In this document: positions 26,463-35,760 of the stretch, piece after piece
How positions within the stretch are numbered: position 1 is the stretch's first letter
Layout: each line of letters starts with the position of its first letter
Source: a virus
Reading direction: 5' to 3' (one strand)
Length of the DNA stretch: 64,000 nucleotides
Virus record (IMG/VR): IMGVR_UViG_3300050821_016647
Coordinates: 1 to 64,000 of that record
The notes under the pieces: model-generated
Seen by the model: only the letters and a program-made list of their open reading frames with translations
Database searches by the model: none
What the model was told of the DNA's origin: nothing
Made by a program: the position numbers and the translations under genes

Positions 26463-27266
26463 CTAAAAAACTGTCCCAGATGCGATATCCAAATGGCCTA
26501 CACGCACCCGACAATCCGTCGCAAAGCGCTTCCCGGCGCGAATAGCTTTCTCGCAGAAATGCAGATCCTGCGTGTAACCCTGCACGCCCTTGCCAGGGAC
26601 CACGTCGTTGACGGTCACGTACCAGGGCGGAGGAATGTCTCGGAAGAGACTCATGCGCCATAGACCACACCCCATAGCTACGCCGTTCACGGGCATGATG
26701 TGCCCACGCTCCAACGCCTCGCGCACGTCCCGCGGCCGGAAGTCGAGCACGCCTGTCCGTGCATATTCCGCCGGGTCCCCGTACGCCATGGGCATGTTGT
26801 GATCGCCCTTCGTGAAGTACATGGCGCTCACCGCGTCGTAGTTGCCCCACTCGATGCTTTCGAGCAGGCGAATGTGCGCGTCGGGTGGAGGGAGATTATC
26901 GTCCTCGAGTGTCAAAACGTACTTCCATTTCGAGAGCTCCGGGTGCTTCAGGATCATCTCGATCATGTTGTTGTACGCGTGACCAACCTCGTGCCCACTC
27001 GCGAAGAGAATTGCTCGCTTCTGGTTCATGGGCGCGATGAGTCCTAGCCACTTCGAAACGACCGCGTCCGGAATCATCCCTCGCGTAGGAATAACGACGA
27101 CGGTGCTCGAGTCCTTGTACGTGCTACCCGGAATGAGCTTGACCGTCTCGTAGCCTTTGCCGTCGAACTTGGAGAGGACGTCGGCGACGGGCGTGGTTGG
27201 TGTCGTGATAGACGGACCGCCGGTCCGGGTGAGACGAGAGCTGCTCTTTTTCTTGCTCTTGCTCAT
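26463..27266 (-). CDS. GT-A fold (family 2-like) glycosyltransferase
   Basis: VVVIPTRG, YVLTLEDDNL (DxD-like), AMGCGLW, QDLHFC, VRVGHL. Confidence 0.85.
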   Translation of the reverse strand: MSKSKKKSSSRLTRTGGPSITTPTTPVADVLSKFDGKGYETVKLIPGSTYKDSSTVVVIPTRGMIPDAVVSKWLGLIAPMNQKRAILFASGHEVGHAYNNMIEMILKHPELSKWKYVLTLEDDNLPPPDAHIRLLESIEWGNYDAVSAMYFTKGDHNMPMAYGDPAEYARTGVLDFRPRDVREALERGHIMPVNGVAMGCGLWRMSLFRDIPPPWYVTVNDVVPGKGVQGYTQDLHFCEKAIRAGKRFATDCRVRVGHLDIASGTVF

Positions 27267-27436
27267 CGTTTCTCCGGTTTCTTTTCTTCCAAAGCTACGG
27301 GTGCGCCCGCTCGAATCCAGAGCCGTATGATGTCGGCCACGGTGAGACCGTACCGATCCGCTTTACTCTTGATCGTTGCGAGCTCGGCGGGCGAAAGGCG
27401 CAGATTGAACTGCTTGCTTCGCGACGCCGAATCCAT
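27263..27436 (-). CDS. ribbon-helix-helix DNA-binding protein
   Basis: KQFNLRLSPAELATIKSKADRYGLTVADIIR. Confidence 0.75.
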   Translation of the reverse strand: MDSASRSKQFNLRLSPAELATIKSKADRYGLTVADIIRLWIRAGAPVALEEKKPEKR

Positions 27437-27440
27437 GGTG

Positions 27441-27477
27441 TGACGCAACTGATATACGTTGTGTTGCGTGGCGTCAA
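27441..27477 (-). promoter_or_regulatory. sigma70-like promoter with overlapping inverted repeat (probable RHH operator)
   Basis: TTGACG(27477-27472)-N17-TATCAG(27454-27449); ACGCAAC/GTTGCGT and TGACGC/GCGTCA inverted repeats. Confidence 0.55.
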
Positions 27478-27485
27478 GCGGAAAG

Positions 27486-28646
27486 TTACGTGCCCTGCAT
27501 GATGACGAAGGGCTGCTCGGCCGCGGTCGCGCCCGTGCGGATGTAGCTCGCGGTGTTCGAGAGCCCGAACGAGGTGGGCAGCGCGTTGGTCGTCGCCTGC
27601 GAGTAGCCGGCGAGCATGAGATTGCTCATGGCACCGACCTGCCCGCTCGAGATGCTCGGCTGCGCAGCGTTGCCGTAGTAGCTGACGGTCGCCGAGTTCT
27701 GCGTCGAAATCCACCACGCGAAGAGGTAGACGCCGGGAGTGACGGTCCACGAGTTGACCGACATCTGCTGGTAGTTGATGCCGGTGTTGCTCGAAAGCGC
27801 CGCACCGCTCGTCCAGGTGATGTTCGTCGAACCGGAGCTCACGAGTGTGATCTTCGTGCCCGCGCTCAGCGTGTAGAGCGCGGCAGAAACCGAGAGTCCG
27901 CCCGAGACGTTGCTCGAGTGATTCGATACGGACGCAAGCCACATGATGTTCGTGACTGTGATCGCGTACGGGAAAATGACGGGTTGGAAGAAGAGCGTGT
28001 TCTGACCACCCGTAAGCGCAGTCACAGGGCCGCCGTTGCTCCAGCTCGAGATCCCGCCGTTCTGAGCGGTCACCGTCGAGCCGTTCAATCCGAAACTGAT
28101 CCCGTTCGAGTTCGAGAAGACGACGTTCGTGAGGTTCTGACTCGTCGTCCCTGCGGAGACGTTGATGGCCGTGAGCGCGTTGACAGACGCGGTGATGGTC
28201 CCGATCCCGGCACCCGTCGATAGACCGAAGCTCACGCCGCTGCCGTTGGCGAACGTGAGGGCCGTCACGTTGTTGCTCGTCGTGCCTGCGGAGACGTTGA
28301 TGCTCCCCTGCGAGCTCGCCACCGTGGCGCTCGCGGTGATGTTCGTTCCGTCGAAACCAAAGCTGATGTTGTTGGCGTTCGAGAAGGTGATCGCGGAGAC
28401 GTTCGAGCTCGTCGTACCGGCGGAGATGTTGACGTTCGTGAGGAGGGTGCCGTTGCCCGTCGCCATTCCGAGCGTCTGGTTGCTCGACAAGCTCCAGACG
28501 AGCGCGAGAGCGCCACCGCTGTTCGAGAACCCGATGGTCACCGTCGACGCGTTCGCGTCTCCGACCTGAAACATCGGTCCCAGGTGGTAGAGCGTGTCCA
28601 GCGAAAGCTGAACGAGGTCTTGGAAGTTTCCGGTCGTAACGGGCAT
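27486..28646 (-). CDS. fibre/spike protein with ISAGTTS...SFG repeats
   Basis: 3 repeats of about 32 aa; N-terminus and C-terminal head paralogous to 29965-31425. Confidence 0.75.
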   Translation of the reverse strand: MPVTTGNFQDLVQLSLDTLYHLGPMFQVGDANASTVTIGFSNSGGALALVWSLSSNQTLGMATGNGTLLTNVNISAGTTSSNVSAITFSNANNISFGFDGTNITASATVASSQGSINVSAGTTSNNVTALTFANGSGVSFGLSTGAGIGTITASVNALTAINVSAGTTSQNLTNVVFSNSNGISFGLNGSTVTAQNGGISSWSNGGPVTALTGGQNTLFFQPVIFPYAITVTNIMWLASVSNHSSNVSGGLSVSAALYTLSAGTKITLVSSGSTNITWTSGAALSSNTGINYQQMSVNSWTVTPGVYLFAWWISTQNSATVSYYGNAAQPSISSGQVGAMSNLMLAGYSQATTNALPTSFGLSNTASYIRTGATAAEQPFVIMQGT

Positions 28647-28698
28647 GGATAACTCCTATCAGATCACGTGAAATTACGCCAGGCTAGGTTGGGTGAGA

Positions 28699-29961
28699 TC
28701 ATGCCGCGGTAAGGTTGGAAAAACCCCCTGTGCCGGCCTGGTAAAATCCACCTGCGATCATCAGCCACGAGGTCGACCCGCTCATGTTCCCCACGGGGTT
28801 CTGAGCGCCCGTCACGTTGGTCTGGTACTCAATAAGCCACGTGAGTGAGCTCGTGATTTGAATGAGCAAGTAGGTGGAATCATTTCCTCCAGGATTCGAT
28901 ACCGCAAGTCCGGGGCTACTCGTGCACGCGATCACGATTTCGTTAGTGGACTTGTTGAGAGTGAAAGAACCGGGCGTCGCCGTGGTCCCTGTTCCTGAAT
29001 TCCCGGACCCGGTGTCGTACACATTGATATCTTGGACCTCAACTGCGTAGACCGCTGACGTACCAAACGTACCGGTGTACGCCGCATGAACGGCCGCAGC
29101 GGTTCCTCCCGCCACGCCAAACGCTACGAACATCTGGCACCCGGCCACACTCGCACCTGCACAAGCGTGATAGGTGTTGTTCTCGGAATCCGTGACGGAC
29201 CACGACATTCCGCTCACGCCCATGCACATGACTACGATTGCGTTGCCAGCCGTAACATTGCTGGTGAAAGTCGCCGTGATGGGAGACCCCGCAGACGTAG
29301 TCTCCTCGACCGCGACCTGCACCGGGACCGGCCACGGGTTCGGGTTGTCTACAGAGGACAGGCCAACTGCCATGATGCCGTAGTCGGAGTTGACCGCTGC
29401 GTTCCAGTGACCCGCGTACGTACCCGCAGTCGGAGCCGCGAGGTCGCCCATCGCGGTCCACGCATCCGTGCTGAGGTTCGAGCGGAGCGTGTACCCGCCA
29501 CCGATGGAGGCGATGTTCTGATCGATGAAGGCCGAGAAAGAGATGATGACGTCGTTGACCTCGGCGGTCGTGAAGTTCGCCGTCGACACCGCGGTGCCCG
29601 TCGACCCGAAACCTACCGCGTACCCATCCACCGGGTGATGCTGGGCGCAGCCACTCCACTCCTCGCAAATCAGGCCAACATCTGCCTCTGCTGCCAGGAG
29701 CGTCACCGTGACGGTCGTCGCCCCCGCATTGCAGTTGGGGACGTGGTAGACCGCGCCGCCCGAGTTCCCCTCCTGCTGGTTGAAGATGACGGGGATCCAC
29801 TTATTCCCGTTGTTGTCCGTGACCGAGACGACCTGCCCCTTCTGATACATCCCAATGCCGAGGATGAGCAGGTTCCCCGCCGCATTCGGCGTGATGGAGA
29901 GGTTGAACGACGAGCCCGCCGCCGGGGCCGTCTGGATGATCTGCTTGAAGGTGATAGCCAC
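28699..29961 (-). CDS. beta-rich Ser/Thr/Ala virion-surface protein with internal duplication
   Basis: Two related halves (AGNLLIL/AGNAIVV; AGATTVTV/GGTAAAV; TANFTTAEVNDVII/PGSFTLNKSTNEIV). Confidence 0.65.
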   Translation of the reverse strand: MAITFKQIIQTAPAAGSSFNLSITPNAAGNLLILGIGMYQKGQVVSVTDNNGNKWIPVIFNQQEGNSGGAVYHVPNCNAGATTVTVTLLAAEADVGLICEEWSGCAQHHPVDGYAVGFGSTGTAVSTANFTTAEVNDVIISFSAFIDQNIASIGGGYTLRSNLSTDAWTAMGDLAAPTAGTYAGHWNAAVNSDYGIMAVGLSSVDNPNPWPVPVQVAVEETTSAGSPITATFTSNVTAGNAIVVMCMGVSGMSWSVTDSENNTYHACAGASVAGCQMFVAFGVAGGTAAAVHAAYTGTFGTSAVYAVEVQDINVYDTGSGNSGTGTTATPGSFTLNKSTNEIVIACTSSPGLAVSNPGGNDSTYLLIQITSSLTWLIEYQTNVTGAQNPVGNMSGSTSWLMIAGGFYQAGTGGFSNLTAA

Positions 29962-29964
29962 GAC

Positions 29965-31425
29965 TCAGGTACCTTGGAGGAGGAACCAAGGCTGCACGAA
30001 TGCTTCACCGGTACGAATGTAACTGCCCGTGGCACTGATAGCGATCGAAGTAGGTAACGCGGCAACCGTGGACACCGAAAAACCTGGCAAGACCTGATTC
30101 GTGAGTTTCCCCGCCGGGTCAACAATGTTTGTCGCCCCGCCCGCGCCGGTTGCGACAATGGGTAGAACAGCATAGGTGACGCTGGCGGTGTTCGCACCCG
30201 ACCACGCCATCGCCATGACGTAAGGACCCGGTGTGATGGACCACGCGATACCGACCGAACGATACTGATTACCAGTAAAGTTGCTGGATGACGCCGACGA
30301 CCACGTAAAAGCAGCCGACGACGAACTGGCTTGGCTAAGCGAGCCCGCAGTACCTCCACTGATAGAGTAGAGACCCACGCTCATCGTAAACGAACCAGAC
30401 GTGCCAGCGCTCGCCGATACGGATGCGAGATACATAAGGTTGGCAGCAGACAGGAAATAAGGAATCACGATGGGTTGCAAATACAGCGTCACGCTGCCCA
30501 TCTGATTAGTGCCGGACGAAGGTAAACCGTTCTGCCAACTCGAGAACCCTCCATACGCTCCCGTGATGGTGGCGTTGTTCATCCCGAAGGAGAATCCATT
30601 CGAGTTCGAGAACGTATACGCCGACCGAAGCAGCGTCGTGGTCCCTGCGCTGACGAGAAGCCCGGCAAAGGCCGTCATCGTCCCAACACCGGCCCCCGTA
30701 CTGAGACCGAAGCTCACGTTGTTGGACGTCGAGAACGTGATCGCGCTCAGGGCGTTACTGGTCCCGCCTCCCGCGCTCACATTGAGGGCGTACGACGCCG
30801 TGACCGTCGACGCGCTGAGCCCGAAAGAGACGTTGTTACTATTGGACAGCGTAAACGCAGACAGCAGGTTGCTCGTAGTACCCGCGGAGATGCCGATGCT
30901 GTCCTGGCTGCTCGCCATCGTAGCCGTAACGACCGAACCACTCAGTCCGAACGAGATTGCGTTCGAATTGGAAAACGTCACCGCGTTGAGATTCTGACTC
31001 GTCGTACCGGCAGAAATGTTGAAGTTGTAGGACGCCGTAATAACCGAGCCGGCGAGACCGAATGTGATGTTATTCGAATTTGAAAGTGTCGCTACGCTCA
31101 CGGATCCGGTGATCGTCGAAGCGTTGAGGCCGAAGCTCACGTTGTTCGAGTTGGAAAAGGTAACGGCGGAAAGGTCACCCTGGGTCGTACCGGCAGAGAT
31201 GTTGATGGCCGTGAGGAGCGTCGCAAGCGTCGTGTTCGTGGGGTAATAGAGGCTCTCGTTCGTCGTGTGCTGGGCGATGAGATTGAGCATCCCACCCGAG
31301 TTGCTAAACCCCTGCGTCAAGGTGGACGCTGCCGAGTTTCCGACGACGAATTCCTCACCCAGGTGGTAGAGCGTGTCGCCGCTCAACTGGACGAGGTCGT
31401 TGAAATTGCCGGTAGTGTCGGTCAT
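29965..31425 (-). CDS. fibre/spike protein with ISAGTTS...SFG repeats
   Basis: About 6 repeats; TTGNFNDLVQLSGDTLYHLG N-terminus; ends QPWFLLQGT. Confidence 0.75.
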   Translation of the reverse strand: MTDTTGNFNDLVQLSGDTLYHLGEEFVVGNSAASTLTQGFSNSGGMLNLIAQHTTNESLYYPTNTTLATLLTAINISAGTTQGDLSAVTFSNSNNVSFGLNASTITGSVSVATLSNSNNITFGLAGSVITASYNFNISAGTTSQNLNAVTFSNSNAISFGLSGSVVTATMASSQDSIGISAGTTSNLLSAFTLSNSNNVSFGLSASTVTASYALNVSAGGGTSNALSAITFSTSNNVSFGLSTGAGVGTMTAFAGLLVSAGTTTLLRSAYTFSNSNGFSFGMNNATITGAYGGFSSWQNGLPSSGTNQMGSVTLYLQPIVIPYFLSAANLMYLASVSASAGTSGSFTMSVGLYSISGGTAGSLSQASSSSAAFTWSSASSSNFTGNQYRSVGIAWSITPGPYVMAMAWSGANTASVTYAVLPIVATGAGGATNIVDPAGKLTNQVLPGFSVSTVAALPTSIAISATGSYIRTGEAFVQPWFLLQGT

Positions 31426-33023
31426 AGGCCCGTCCCAAAGAGAATCGTACCCGGTTGACGAAGCGCGGAGAAGCCCGTTCGCACATAGCCCGTGTCCGTA
31501 AGAGCCACGGAAGCAGGCAGCGCGTTCCCAGTGCTGGCAGAGATTCCGTTGAGCGGCGCGGACGTTTCAACGCCGTCGAAGGAACCCACGAGGTTCATGG
31601 CCGCTCGACCGAAAACGTTGACCGAGACACCGTTCTGTGTCGAGAGATACCACGCAAAAAGGTAGTCACCGGGGGTCATGGAATAGTTGATGCCCACGGT
31701 CCGGTACCTCGTACCGCTGGCGCCTCCGTAGAGCGAGCTCGCCGTCGTGGCGCTACCACTCGTCCACGAAATGGCGCGCGAGCCGGAACTCGCCAAGCTC
31801 GCGGTAGCTGCGTTGAACGTGTAAACGGCATGGCTGATGGTGAGCGCATCCGAGGCCGTCGAAGCTCCCAAGAAGTCGGCGATGAGCACGAGCTGCGTCG
31901 CGACGAGAGCTGCCGCGAGTGAGAGCTTTTGAAACGAGAACCCCGCCTGCTGAATCGGAAAGTTGGTCACGAAATCTGCATCCTGACTGAAGCACGAGAC
32001 CGTGAGAGCAGGCGAGACCGAAGCCGTCACCGTTCCGGCATCGAGCCCGAAAGTGACGCCGCCTCCGTCACTGAAAGTGACGGCCTGAAGGTTATTGCTC
32101 GTCGTGCCGGCAGACAGGTTGAACACATACGAGGCAGTCAGCGTCGAAGCATTGAGACCGAAAGAAATGCGGTTACTGTCCGCGAACGTGAAAGCGCTCG
32201 CGAGATTGCTCGTCGTGCCGGCGGAGAGATTGATGTCTACTCCGGATACGTTCGCCGACGCGGTCACGTTCGTCCCGTCGAAACCGAAACTAATATTATT
32301 TGCGTTCGAGAAGGTGACCGCTGAAACGTTGCTCGAAGTGGTCCCGGCAGAGATGTTGATGTTGGTGAGACTCGTCGCGACCGACGCAGTGATCGTCGAA
32401 TTATTCAGCCCGAACGAAACACCATTTGCATCTGAGAAGGTGAAGGCCGAAGCGAGGTTCGAAGTTGTTCCGGCGGAAATGTTGATATCGACACCGGTCA
32501 CATTCACCGATGCCGTCACCGTCGACCCAGCCATACCGAACGTCACGTTGTTCGAATTCGAGAAGACGACCGTGCCGGAAGAGACGCTATTGCCCATCGC
32601 CGAGATGGCGAGGGCCGATCCAAGACCGCTAACGTCTACGAGAATTTGCCCGTTCGTATTGTAAACTCTGAACCCATTGCCGTCCGTGCTGTACTGAAGC
32701 ACGTAGCCGGGCAGCAGCGTGAATGTGAAGAGAGGAATAGCCGTAGTGCCGTCCGTCTGTTGCACGGACACCGGACACGGAGCTCCACTCGTATTCGCAA
32801 CGGACAAAAACTTGACGTTGCGATCGAAGTTCGCGGGTGGAGGCGGAACAATAACGGTTGTCGTCGCCGTCGTGATAGGCGGCATATCGAGCGCGCCCGG
32901 AATGACTGTCGGAGGGCTCGTACTTGAATTGATGTCAATGAACGATGCGTGAACTGCAATGGATACAACACCGGCTCCGGTGACAAGTAAAATGCTCGAG
33001 GAGGTGTTGGGTAGATTGAGCAT
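31422..33023 (-). CDS. fibre/spike protein with ISAGTTS...SFG repeats
   Basis: 5-6 repeats; MLNLP N-domain; head domain related to the other two fibres. Confidence 0.75.
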   Translation of the reverse strand: MLNLPNTSSSILLVTGAGVVSIAVHASFIDINSSTSPPTVIPGALDMPPITTATTTVIVPPPPANFDRNVKFLSVANTSGAPCPVSVQQTDGTTAIPLFTFTLLPGYVLQYSTDGNGFRVYNTNGQILVDVSGLGSALAISAMGNSVSSGTVVFSNSNNVTFGMAGSTVTASVNVTGVDINISAGTTSNLASAFTFSDANGVSFGLNNSTITASVATSLTNINISAGTTSSNVSAVTFSNANNISFGFDGTNVTASANVSGVDINLSAGTTSNLASAFTFADSNRISFGLNASTLTASYVFNLSAGTTSNNLQAVTFSDGGGVTFGLDAGTVTASVSPALTVSCFSQDADFVTNFPIQQAGFSFQKLSLAAALVATQLVLIADFLGASTASDALTISHAVYTFNAATASLASSGSRAISWTSGSATTASSLYGGASGTRYRTVGINYSMTPGDYLFAWYLSTQNGVSVNVFGRAAMNLVGSFDGVETSAPLNGISASTGNALPASVALTDTGYVRTGFSALRQPGTILFGTGL

Positions 33024-33032
33024 CTGCGTGCG

Positions 33033-33422
33033 TTACATATTCGCCAGAAGAATTCGCCCGAGTGTGTCGTAGACGCGAAAGCCGTCAGCATCCGTGTCGT
33101 ACTGAATCGTGTACCCCGACTGAAGCAGGATGGAAAAAATCGTGATGAAGTTCGTTCCATCTGTCTGCTGGACGATGATGGCGCACGGCACCGCACTCGT
33201 GTTCTGAATGGATAAGAACTTGACGTTCCGATCGAACGTCGGCGGCGGAGGCGGAACAACCACCGTCGTCGCCATCAAGGTAATGAGCGTGTTCTTCGCT
33301 CCAGGGTTGACCGTACGCGAGACGATTCCGAGATCGTCGAACGACGCGTGAACCGCGATAGACGAGACGGCGCTTCCGGTACCGACCAGAATCTTCGAGG
33401 TCGTGGTGGGGAGATTGAGCAC
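33033..33422 (-). CDS. stand-alone paralog of the fibre N-terminal domain
   Basis: MLNLPTTTSKIL...DRNVKFLSI...QQTDGT...DADGFRVY matches the N-terminus of 31422-33023. Confidence 0.75.
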   Translation of the reverse strand: MLNLPTTTSKILVGTGSAVSSIAVHASFDDLGIVSRTVNPGAKNTLITLMATTVVVPPPPPTFDRNVKFLSIQNTSAVPCAIIVQQTDGTNFITIFSILLQSGYTIQYDTDADGFRVYDTLGRILLANM

Positions 33423-33759
33423 GGCGTGCTCCTGAAGCTACTGGACAGGTCCCGCGGACCCACGCCTGCGGCTCTCGAGGAGAACGGTCTCTCTCACGAG
33501 AAGAGCCTACACCGACTCCTTACGTCTTTCTACCCCCGTCGCCGGACTCCTGGCCCGCAAGCTTTCGTACTGCTTCCGAGCTCTTCACGACCTCGGCATG
33601 TGCGTGCACGATGGTCAGACGCGGAGGAGCTGGCAGCGGGGGCGCATCGTTACCGAGCGCGCGACGGTGGTAAAACTGAAGAAGGTCTTTCGTGGATGCC
33701 GGAGACGTCATTGGACCGCGTGACCTATCACGGCCGCGTCGCGTTTCAACAAATAAACG

Positions 33760-34716
33760 TCACGGGATCGGCGTGATGTGCGCCGCAATGCGGTCGAGCG
33801 CGTTTTGAATGCTCGTAGGATTCGCTCCGGACCAGTTGGCCACGGTTGTCGCCGTGTACTGCAATCCGTTGGCTCCGGAAAGAAGCAGGGGAGCTCCAGC
33901 GCCTCCAGTAAGTACGACGACAGGGGGAATAGCGCCGGCCGTTCCTCGATAGCTCGTGTTGGCACCGTCGAGCGTCAACGGAGTCAGAAGCTGAGTCCCG
34001 ACAAGAATGGCTTGGAGAAGAAAAGCACCCGTCGCGGTCATTACGTTAGGAGTGACTCCTCCGTTCGTTCCAACGCTGTCCCCATTCGAAGACCAGAACG
34101 ACTGGAAGTGTGTGGCCGTGACATTCACATTCGACTGAATGTCATTGCCCTGAGTGTAAATGACGTTTACGTCCGTGAGGCTCAACGTCCCGAGAATGTC
34201 ACAAGTGATCAAACTCAAAGTCGAACCGGTACCTGCTCCACCCAGGACGGTCAGATTGTTGTCAAACTCACAATTGAAGAAAAAGAGGAAAGGTGTCTCG
34301 ATAGCTCCCCAGTTGAAAGTCTGGGACTGCGAGAACTGAATGTTGCTGAAGGTCGCGGTTCCAAAGTTTCCGAACCCACCGCCGATTGTCATTAGGCCGG
34401 TGAAAAACGTCCCCTCAGGCTCGATAGCCGTAAACGAGACTCCGCTCTTGAGCGAGAGATTGTCGCTATATGATCCGGGGCCCACCTGGATCGACCACCC
34501 GCCGGAGTTGTCCGTGGTCGCCAGAGCTTTGGTCGGCGTCAAGAACGGCGCGTCGATCGTTCCGTTGCCGGTCGCGTCATTACCGCCCTTGTTGACGAAA
34601 ATAATCTTCGTCGCAGACACTGGCGGAGGAGGTATAGGTTGCCCACCCTCGATGGCTTGGACGCGCTGAAGAGCCTCTGCCGCGATTGCCCAAACCTTCA
34701 TCAAGAGCGTTCTCAT
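33760..34716 (-). CDS. pectin-lyase-like/beta-helix spike protein
   Basis: IFVNKGGNDATGNGTIDAPFLT...IQVGPGSY (DUF1565-like start); paralog of 35761-37563. Confidence 0.7.
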   Translation of the reverse strand: MRTLLMKVWAIAAEALQRVQAIEGGQPIPPPPVSATKIIFVNKGGNDATGNGTIDAPFLTPTKALATTDNSGGWSIQVGPGSYSDNLSLKSGVSFTAIEPEGTFFTGLMTIGGGFGNFGTATFSNIQFSQSQTFNWGAIETPFLFFFNCEFDNNLTVLGGAGTGSTLSLITCDILGTLSLTDVNVIYTQGNDIQSNVNVTATHFQSFWSSNGDSVGTNGGVTPNVMTATGAFLLQAILVGTQLLTPLTLDGANTSYRGTAGAIPPVVVLTGGAGAPLLLSGANGLQYTATTVANWSGANPTSIQNALDRIAAHITPIP

Positions 34717-34748
34717 GCTCTGAAGACTACATCAGCTCCAGAGCGTCG

Positions 34749-34961
34749 TCACCTGTCTCGGCGACCACGGCGAGACCGGCTCTGAGCGGCTCCGCGAGCC
34801 ATCCGAATCCGTCCTAGACCCTCTTGGACCTTCTCTTCCACTCGCTCGAGGCCGTCGTCGATGGCCTCCGCAACGGAATTGGACAAGACCTCAGCGACCT
34901 GTTTGCCAAAACCTCGCAAGAGCGACTCGAGGGCCGGTGGGACCTGTACTCGCCTAGGCAA
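34749..34961 (-). CDS. small helical protein with basic tail
   Basis: LLRGFGKQ...RSRRGRRDR. Confidence 0.55.
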   Translation of the reverse strand: MPRRVQVPPALESLLRGFGKQVAEVLSNSVAEAIDDGLERVEEKVQEGLGRIRMARGAAQSRSRRGRRDR

Positions 34962-35286
34962 GGTGCAACCCCGAGCGCTTCGCGCGCTGCTTGAGCTTCA
35001 ACGCCTCAGAAGAGGCGATGAGCGTCTCCCACGGCGCGTCACAGTGGAAAGCCGTGACAGAAATCCAGAGCGCACCTTCTGGGATTTCCAGAGAATCGAG
35101 CCCAAGCCACGGATAAACGAGCACATCGGTGCGCGGAGCAACTCCCCCACCCGCCGTAGGCTGGACGCTGAAAGGTAGATTGAGCTTGTGCAACGATTTG
35201 AGCGATCGACTCGCCGGACGCTTACCCAGAAACCACTCGCCGTTGGTGAGAACCGCCCACCACTCGTTCAGATCGAAGTCGTTCAT
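34954..35286 (-). CDS. hypothetical protein
   Basis: 110-aa ORF in the minus-strand run. Confidence 0.6.
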   Translation of the reverse strand: MNDFDLNEWWAVLTNGEWFLGKRPASRSLKSLHKLNLPFSVQPTAGGGVAPRTDVLVYPWLGLDSLEIPEGALWISVTAFHCDAPWETLIASSEALKLKQRAKRSGLHLA

Positions 35287-35336
35287 GCCGGCAGACTACG
35301 CCGGCATGGGACTGTATGGCAAGTCGAGGATGCTGC

Positions 35337-35702
35337 TTACACGCCAGCGTTGAAGACGGCGTACCGGTACGTTCCGAGGTCACCTGTCTGCGTGACACCC
35401 GGCGTCCCGGACTCGTGGCTCGTTACCGTGAATCCGGTACCGGGAGTGATGTCGGCTTCCAGCGTTCCGAGCGCAGTGGAAGCATTGACCCCGGCGAGGG
35501 TCAACGCCACGGTCGATCGTGCCGTGATGGAAGGCAACACCACCGCCGGGCTCACGCCCGCCACGAGTGTGACCGTTCCGGTCGACAAGACCTGTCCAGC
35601 CAGCGCCGCTGCTGCGGCAGCTTGCTGAGCTCGCATCTCCGCATCCGCTGCCAATAACCCGGTCGTCTTCAGCTCGCTCTTGTCGCCCATGATCGTTCTC
35701 AT
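35337..35702 (-). CDS. small beta-rich virion protein
   Basis: GTVTLVAG...ITARSTVALT...ITPGTGFTVTS...YRYAVF. Confidence 0.65.
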   Translation of the reverse strand: MRTIMGDKSELKTTGLLAADAEMRAQQAAAAAALAGQVLSTGTVTLVAGVSPAVVLPSITARSTVALTLAGVNASTALGTLEADITPGTGFTVTSHESGTPGVTQTGDLGTYRYAVFNAGV

Positions 35703-35760
35703 TTCTCTTTCCGCGCCTTAGCGCTTCATCTTACGCCATCTGGCGCAAACTTACTCTATT

